A stretch of 64,000 nt of DNA. Origin: the human T2T-CHM13v2.0 reference genome, Homo sapiens. The DNA lies in assembly GCF_009914755.1 (NCBI RefSeq), contig NC_060948.1; one strand, given 5' to 3'. A program made the position numbers and the translations under genes. Within the stretch, counting starts at the first letter, position 1. Each line of letters begins with the position of its first letter. Shown here in pieces: positions 55,443 through 64,000 of this stretch. The notes below the pieces were generated by a model. The model was not told where the DNA came from, searched no databases, and saw nothing but the letters and a program-made list of their open reading frames with translations.

Positions 55443-58400
55443 CAAATTGAATAGCACGGAATTGAATTGAATGGAATGGAATGCAATGGAATCTAATGAA
55501 ACGGAAAGGAAAGGAATGGAATGGAATGGAATGGGCTGGAATGGAAAGGAATCGAAACGAATGGAATGGAATCGAACTGAAGAGACTGGAATGGAATGCA
55601 CTGGAATGGAAGGGAGTGTAATGGAAGGTTCTCGAAAAAAATGGAATCGAATGGAATGGAATTGAATGGAACGGAATAGAGTCGAATGGAATTGAATGGA
55701 ATGGAATGGACTAGAGTGAAATGGAATCGAACCACAAGGAATGGACAGGAATAGAATGGTCTCGAATTGAATGGAATCGTATGGAATGGCATCAAACGGA
55801 ATGGAATGGACAGCCACGGAATGGAATGCACTCGAATGCAATGGAGTCGAAACTAATGGACTGGAATAGAATGGACTCGACTGGTACGGACTCCAATGGA
55901 ATGGAATCGAATGGAAGGGAATCGAACGGAATGGACTCGAAAGGAAAAGACTGCAATGGAAAGGTCTCGAATGGAATGGAAATTAATGGAATGGAATGGA
56001 ATCGAATGAAATGGAGTCAAAAGGAATGGAATCGAATGGCAAGAAATCGAATGTAATGGAATCGCAAGGAATTGATGTGAACGGAACGGAATGGAATGGA
56101 ATCCAAAGGAATGGAATAGAATGGAATGGAATCGAATGGAAAGGACTCGAATGGAAATCACTCGAATAGAATGCAATTTAATAAAATAGGATCAAATGTA
56201 ATGGAATGGAATGGAAAGGAATCGAAACGAAAGGAATGGAGACAGATGGAATGGAATGGAACAGAGAGCAATGGTATAGAATGGAATGGAATCATCTGGA
56301 ATGGAATTGAATGGAATGGAATAATATGAAATGGAATGGAATGGAATGGAATGGAATGGAATGGAATGCCCTTGAATTAAATGGACTGGAATGGAATGGA
56401 CTCGAACAGAGTGGAATGGAAAGTGTTGAGATAGAATGCAATGGACTCCTTCGGAATGGTCTAGTATGCAATGCAATCGACTGGCAGGGAATCAAAAGGA
56501 ATGTAATCGAATGGATTGGACTGGAATGCAGTGGACTCGAATAGATTGGAAACGGAATGCAAAGGAATGGAATGGAATAGTATGGAATGGAATGGAAAGG
56601 AATGGAGTGGAATAGACTAGAGTGGAATGGAATGGACTGGAAAGCAATGGACTGGAATGGAACTTTCTTGAATGGACTGGAATCAAACGGAATGGAATGC
56701 AATGCAATCAAATGGCATGGAATAAAATAGAATGAAAGAGAATCAAATGGAATTGAATCGAATGGAATCGAATGGATTGGAAAGGAATAGAATGGAATGG
56801 AATGGAATTGACTCAAATGGAATGGACTAGAATGGAATGGATTCGAATGGAAGGCAAAGGAATGGAATCTATTGGAATGGACTGTAATGGAATGGAATGG
56901 AAGGGATTGGAATGGACTCGAATGGAATGGACTGCAATAGAAAGGATTCGAATGGAATGAAAAAGAATTGAATGGAATAGAACAGAATGGAATCAAATCG
57001 AATGAAATGGAATGGAATAGAAAGGAATGGAATGAAATGGAATGGAAAGGATTCGAATGGAATGCAATCGAATGGAATGGAATCGAACGGAATGGAATAA
57101 AATGGAAGAAAACTGGCAAGAAATGGAATCGAAATGAATGGAGTGTTATGGAACGGACTCAAAAGGAATTGAATGTAATAGAATGGAGTGGAGTGGACTC
57201 GAATATAATGGACTGGAATGGAATGAAATCACATGGAATGGGAACGAATGGAATGGAATGGAAAGGAATGGAATCGAATGGAAAGGAATCGAATGGAAGG
57301 GAATGAAATTGAATCAACAGGAATGGAAGGGAATAGAATAGACGGTAATGGAATGGACTCGAATAGAATGGACACGAATGCTCAAATTGAATGGACTCCA
57401 ATGGAATGGAAACGAAAGGAATGTCATCGAATAGAATTGAATCGACTGGAATGAAATCGCAAGAATGGAGTGGAATCAAATGGAATTGAATCGAAAGGAA
57501 AGGAAGCGAATGGACTGAAATGAAATGGAATGGAATTGAATGGAAAGTAATGCAATGGAATAGAATGGAACGAAATTTCACGGAATGGAATCAAACTGAA
57601 AGGAATCAAATCAATGGAATCTAATCAAATGGAATGGAAAGGATTTGAATGGAGTAGATTGGATTGGATGGGATTGGAGTGAAATGTACTGGAAAGGACT
57701 CGAATTTCATGAAACGGAATGGAATGAATTGGAACGGAATGGACTCGAATGGAATGGAATGTCATGGAATGGCATCAAATGGAATGGCATCAAATGGAAT
57801 GGAATCGAATGCAATGGAATGCTATGGAATGGAATGGAATGCATTGGAATGGAATGTCCTCTAATGGAATGGATTCGAGTGGAATGGAATCGAATATAAT
57901 GGAGTCGAATGAAATGGAATTGAAAGGAATGGGATCGAATACAACGGAATATGCTGGAATGTAATGTAATGAACTCGAATGTAATTGACTGGAATGGAAT
58001 GTACATGAATGGAATGTAATCGAATGGAAAGTAATCCAATGGAATAGAATCTAATGCAATAAAATCGACTCAGATAGAGTAGAATGTAATGGAATGGAGT
58101 GCAGTGCAATGCAATGGAATGGAATGGAATGCAATGGAATGGAATGGAATGGAATGGAATGGAATGGAATGGGATGGAATGGGATGGAATGGTATGGAAT
58201 GGATAGTAATGGACTGGAGTGAAATGGACTGGAAAGGAATGGACTCAAATTGAAAGGGCTCGAAAGGAATGGAGTCAAATGGAATGGTCTGGAATGGAAT
58301 GAACACGAATGTAATGCAATCCAATAGAATGGAATCGAATGGCATGGAATATAAAGAAATGGAATCGAAGAGAATGGAAACAAATGGAATGGAATTGAAT

Positions 58401-59020
58401 GGAATGGAATTGAATGGAATGGGAACGAATGGAGTGAAATTGTATGCAGTAGAAGGGAATAGAATGGAATGCAAGCGAAAGGAAAGGAATGGATTGGAAT
58501 GGAATGGAATTCATTGGAATGGAAGGGAATGTAGTGTAATGGACAGGCCTGGAATAAAGTGGAATGCTACGGTCTCGAATGGAATAAAAATGTATGGAAT
58601 GGAATGCAATGAAACGGAATCGAATGTCATAGAATGTAATGGAATGCAAAAAAATGGAATCCAAAATCATTGACTGGAAAGGCTGGGTGTCGAAAGGAAT
58701 TGACTCCAATGGTATGGAATCGAATGGAATGGAAGTGAATAGAATCGAACTAAATCGAATGGAATGGAATTGATAGGAACGGAATGGAAAGGAATGCAAT
58801 GAATTGGCATGGAATGGAATCGAATGGCATCGAATGGAATGGAATGGAATGCAATGGAATGGAATGTATTAGAATGTAATGAACTTTAATGGAATGTACT
58901 CGAATGGATTCGACTGGAATGGAATGTTCTGGAAGTGAATGGACTCCAATGGAATGGATTCAAAAGGAATGGAATCGTACGGAATGGAATCTAATGGAAT
59001 GGAATTAAATGGAAATGAAT
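55443..59020 (+). repeat. HOR unit 16 (3578 bp)
   Basis: Landmark spacing; 1-bp deletion CGCAAGAAT at ~57460. Confidence 0.9.
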
Positions 59021-62000
59021 CAAATTGAATAGCACGGAATTGAATTGAATGGAATGGAATGCAATGGAATCTAATGAAACGGAAAGGAAAGGAATGGAAT
59101 GGAATGGAATGGGCTGGAATGGAAAGGAATCGAAACGAATGGAATGGAATCGAACTGAAGAGACTGGAATGGAATGCACTGGAATGGAAGGGAGTGTAAT
59201 GGAAGGTTCTCGAAAAAAATGGAATCGAATGGAATGGAATTGAATGGAACGGAATAGAGTCGAATGGAATTGAATGGAATGGAATGGACTAGAGTGAAAT
59301 GGAATCGAACCACAAGGAATGGACAGGAATAGAATGGTCTCGAATTGAATGGAATCGTATGGAATGGCATCAAACGGAATGGAATGGACAGCCACGGAAT
59401 GGAATGCACTCGAATGCAATGGAGTCGAAACTAATGGACTGGAATAGAATGGACTCGACTGGTACGGACTCCAATGGAATGGAATCGAATGGAAGGGAAT
59501 CGAACGGAATGGACTCGAAGGGAAAAGACTGCAATGGAAAGGTCTCGAATGGAATGGAAATTAATGGAATGGAATGGAATCGAATGAAATGGAGTCAAAA
59601 GGAATGGAATCGAATGGCAAGAAATCGAATGTAATGGAATCGCAAGGAATTGATGTGAACGGAACGGAATGGAATGGAATCCAAAGGAATGGAATAGAAT
59701 GGAATGGAATCGAATGGAAAGGACTCGAATGGAAATCACTGGAATAGAATGCAATTTAATAAAATAGGATCAAATGTAATGGAATGGAATGGAAAGGAAT
59801 CGAAACGAAAGGAATGGAGACAGATGGAATGGAATGGAACAGAGTGCAATGGTATAGAATGGAATGGAATCATCTGGAATGGAATTGAATGGAATGGAAT
59901 AATATGAAATGGAATGGAATGGAATGGAATGGAATGCCCTTGAATTAAATGGACTGGAATGGAATGGACTCGAACAGAGTGGAATGGAAAGTGTTGAGAT
60001 AGAATGGAATGGACTCCTTTGGAATGGTGTAGTATGCAATGCAATCGACTGGCAGGGAATCAAAAGGAATGTAATGGAATGGATTGGACTGGAATGCAAT
60101 GGACTCGAATAGATTGGAAACGGAATGCAAAGGAATGGAATGGAATAGTATGGAATGGAATGGAAAGGAATGGAGTGGAATAGACTAGAGTGGAATGGAA
60201 TGGACTGGAAAGCAATGGACTGGAATGGAACTTTCTTGAATGGACTGGAATCAAACGGAATGGAATGCAATGCAATCAAATGGCATGGAATAAAATAGAA
60301 TGAAAGAGAATCAAATGGAATTGAATCGAATGGAATCGAATGGATTGGAAAGGAATAGAATGGAATGGAATGGAATTGACTCAAATGGAATGGACTAGAA
60401 TGGAATGGATTCGAATGGAAGGCAAAGGAATGGAATCTATTGGAATGGACTGTAATGGAATGGAATGGAAGGGATTGGAATGGACTCGAATGGAATGGAC
60501 TGCAATAGAAAGGATTCGAATGGAATGAAAAAGAATTGAATGGAATAGAACAGAATGGAATCAAATCGAATGAAATGGAATGGAATAGAAAGGAATGGAA
60601 TGAAATGGAATGGAAAGGATTCGAATGGAATGCAATCGAATGGAATGGAATCGAACGGAATGGAATAAAATGGAAGAAAACTGGCAAGAAATGGAATCGA
60701 AATGAATGGAGTGTTATGGAACGGACTCAAAAGGAATTGAATGTAATAGAATGGAGTGGAGTGGACTCGAATATAATGGACTGGAATGGAATGAAATCAC
60801 AAGGAATGGGAACGAATGGAATGGAATGGAAAGGAATGGAATCGAATGGAAAGGAATCGAATGGAAGGGAATGAAATTGAATCAACAGGAATGGAAGGGA
60901 ATAGAATAGACGGTAATGGAATGGACTCGAATAGAATGGACACGAATGCTCAAATCGAATGGACTCGAATGGAATGGAAACGAAAGGAATGTCATCGAAT
61001 GGAATTGAATGGATTGGAATGAAATCGCATAGAATGGAGTGGAATCAAATGGAATTGAATCGAAAGGAAAGGAAGCGAATGGACTGAAATGAAATGGAAT
61101 GGAATTGAATGGAAAGTAATGCAATGGAATAGAATGGAACGAAATTTCACGGAATGGAATCAAACTGAATGGAATCAAATCAATGGAATCAAATCAAATG
61201 GAATGGAAAGGAATTGAATGGAGTAGATTGGATTGGATGGGATTGGAATGAAATGTACTGGAAAGGACTCGAATTTCATGAAACGGAATGGAATGAATTG
61301 GAACGGAATGGACTCGAATGGAATGGAATGTCATGGAATGGCATCAAATGGAATGGCATCAAATGGAATGGAATCGAATGCAATGGAATGCTATGGAATG
61401 GAATGGAATGCATTGGAATGGAATGTCCTCTAATGGAATGGATTCGAGTGGAATGGAATCGAATATAATGGAGTCGAATGAAATGGAATTGAAAGGAGTG
61501 GGATCGAATACAATGGAATATACTGGAATGTAATGTAATGAACTCGAATGTAATTGACTGGAATGGAATGTACATGAATGGAATGTAATCGAATGGAAAG
61601 TAATCCAATGGAATAGAATCTAATGCAATAAAACCGACTCAGATAGAGTAGAATGTAATGGAATGGAGTGCAGTGCAATGGAATGGAATGGAATGGAATG
61701 CAATGGAATGGAATGTAATGGAATGGAATGGAATGGAATGGAATGGAATGGAATGGGATGGAATGGGATGGAATGGATAGTAATGGACTGGAGTGAAATG
61801 GACTGGAAAGGAATGGACTCAAATTGAAAGGGCTCGAAAGGAATGGAGTCAAATGGAATGGTCTGGAATGGAATGAACACGAATGTAATGCAATCCAATA
61901 GAATGGAATCGAATGGCATGGAATATAAAGAAATGGAATCGAAGAGAATGGAAACAAATGGAATGGAATTGAATGGAATGGAATTGAATGGAATGGGAAC

Positions 62001-62594
62001 GAATGGAGTGAAATTGTATGCAGTAGAAGGGAATAGAATGGAATGCAAGCGAAAGGAAAGGAATGGATTGGAATGGAATGGAATTCATTGGAATGGAAGG
62101 GAATGTAGTGTAATGGACAGGCCTGGAATAAAGTGGAATGCTACGGTCTCGAATGGAATAAAAATGTATGGAATGGAATGCAATGAAACGGAATCAAATG
62201 TCATAGAATGTAATGGAATGCAAAAAAATGGAATCCAAAATCATTGACTGGAAAGGCTGGGTGTCGAAAGGAATTGACTCCAATGGTATGGAATCGAATG
62301 GAATGGAAGTGAATAGAATCGAACTAAATCGAATGGAATGGAATTGATAGGAACGGAATGGAAAGGAATGCAATGAATTGGCATGGAATGGAATCGAATG
62401 GCATCGAATGGAATGGAATGGAATGCAATGGAATGGAATGTATTAGAATGTAATGAACTTTAATGGAATGTACTCGAATGGATTCGACTGGAATGGAATG
62501 TTCTGGAAGTGAATGGACTCCAATGGAATGGATTCAAAAGGAATGGAATCGTACGGAATGGAATCTAATGGAATGGAATTAAATGGAAATGAAT
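59021..62594 (+). repeat. HOR unit 17 (3574 bp)
   Basis: Landmark spacing; ORF-track homologues at 59049 and 62623. Confidence 0.9.
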
Positions 62595-64000
62595 CAAATT
62601 GAATAGCACGGAATTGAATTGAATGGAATGGAATGCAATGGAATCTAATGAAACGGAAAGGAAAGGAATGGAATGGAATGGAATGGGCTGGAATGGAAAG
62701 GAATCGAAACGAATGGAATGGAATCGAACTGAAGAGACTGGAATGGAATGCACTGGAATGGAAGGGAGTGTAATGGAAGGTTGTCGAAAAAAATGGAATC
62801 GAATGGAATGGAATTGAATGGAACGGAATAGAGTCGAATGGAATTGAATGGAATGGAATGGACTAGAGTGAAATGGAATCGAACCACAAGGAATGGACAG
62901 GAATAGAATGGTCTCGAATTGAATGGAATCGTATGGAATGGCATCAAACGGAATGGAATGGACAGCCACGGAATGGAATGCACTCGAATGCAATGGAGTC
63001 GAAACGTCGAAACTAATGGACTGGAATAGAATGGACTCGACTGGTACGGACTCCAATGGAATGGAATCGAATGGAAGGGAATCGAACGGAATGGACTCGA
63101 AGGGAAAAGACTGCAATGGAAAGGTCTCGAATGGAATGGAAATTAATGGAATGGAATGGAATCGAATGAAATGGAGTCAAAAGGAATGGAATCGAATGGC
63201 AAGAAATCGAATGTAATGGAATCGCAAGGAATTGATGTGAACGGAACGGAATGGAATGGAATCCAAAGGAATGGAATAGAATGGAATGGAATCGAATGGA
63301 AAGGACTCGAATGGAAATCACTCGAATAGAATGCAATTTAATAAAATAGGAACAAATGTAATGGAATGGAATGGAAAGGAATCGAAACGAAAGGAATGGA
63401 GACAGATGGAATGGAATGGAACAGAGTGCAATGGTATAGAATGGAATGGAATCATCTGGAATGGAATTGAATGGAATGGAATAATATGAAATGGAATGGA
63501 ATGGAATGGAATGGAATGCCCTTGAATTAAATGGACTGGAATGGAATGGACTCGAACAGAGTGGGATGGAAAGTGTTGAGATAGAATGGAATGGACTCCT
63601 TTGGAATGGTGTAGTATGCAATGCAATCGACTGGCAGGGAATCAAAAGGAATGTAATCGAATGGATTGGACTGGAATGCAATGGACTCGAATAGATTGGA
63701 AACGGAATGCAAAGGAATGGAATGGAATAGTATGGAATGGAATGGAAAGGAATGGAGTGGAATAGACTAGAGTGGAATGGAATGGACTGGAAAGCAATGG
63801 ACTGGAATGGAACTTTCTTGAATGGACTGGAATCAAACGGAATGGAATGCAATGCAATCAAATGGCATGGAATAAAATAGAATGAAAGAGAATCAAATGG
63901 AATTGAATCGAATGGAATCGAATGGATTGGAAAGGAATAGAATGGAATGGAATGGAATTGACTCAAATGGAATGGACTAGAATGGAATGGATTCGAATGG
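62595..64000 (+). repeat. HOR unit 18 (partial, cut by window end)
   Basis: Landmark at 62595; 8-bp duplication at 62998-63013. Confidence 0.9.

Larger units (their letters stand above)
1..64000 (+). repeat. DYZ1: Human satellite III (GGAAT)n array with ~3.56 kb higher-order unit; most likely DYZ1 of Yq12 heterochromatin
   Basis: GGAAT and single-change variants (CGAAT, TGAAT, AGAAT, GCAAT, GGACT, GGAAA) fill the window. Unique landmarks (CAAATTGAATAGCACGG, GACAGCCAC, GCCCTTG, GACAGGCCTGG) recur every ~3.49-3.58 kb. The consensus unit has one GAATTC and one GGCC, consistent with the classical male-specific ~3.4-3.6 kb HaeIII/EcoRI DYZ1 repeat. Family name is from recall. Confidence 0.93.

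Noticed and set aside
29-63966. Hundreds of ORFs of 61-408 aa (MEWNG- and FHSIP-rich), e.g. 35988-37214 and 48915-49976 on the minus strand
   Set aside because: Pure (GGAAT)n has no stop codon in any frame and translates to MEWNG or FHSIP repeats. The ORFs overlap in all frames, recur per unit, and are freely broken or fused by indels. No recognisable domain is present.
1-64000. CRISPR-like or other prokaryotic repeat-spacer system
   Set aside because: There are no constant repeats with unique spacers and no cas or other genes. The variable parts are themselves repeated in every 3.56 kb unit.
1-64000. HSat2, alpha satellite, telomeric repeat, DYZ2/Alu or L1 insertion
   Set aside because: I saw no CATTCGATTC-dominated HSat2 pattern, 171-bp monomer, TTAGGG run, AT-rich DYZ2 block, Alu or poly-A tail. 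Every stretch aligns to the same unit.

Overview
The whole 64 kb is one uninterrupted, single-orientation human satellite III array built on the (GGAAT)n pentamer. It is organised as head-to-tail copies of a ~3.56 kb higher-order unit whose consensus carries one EcoRI and one HaeIII/StuI site. This matches DYZ1 (HSat3) of human Yq12 heterochromatin; the identification rests on recall of the family, not a database search. I count 17 landmark-to-landmark intervals plus a partial one. No protein-coding gene, RNA gene, transposon, CRISPR array or DYZ2-type block is supported, and all listed ORFs are translations of the pentamer. I found no new gene system. The informative structure is in the array's recombination history: a 346 bp out-of-register duplication at a subfamily boundary (43.4-44.1 kb), a ~1.78 kb half-unit deletion joining two pure GGAAT tracts (49.2 kb), recent whole-unit duplications, a more diverged block (~35-43.7 kb), variant patches shared by distant units, and near-strict conservation of the 5-bp register. 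All comparisons were made by eye and should be confirmed by alignment.
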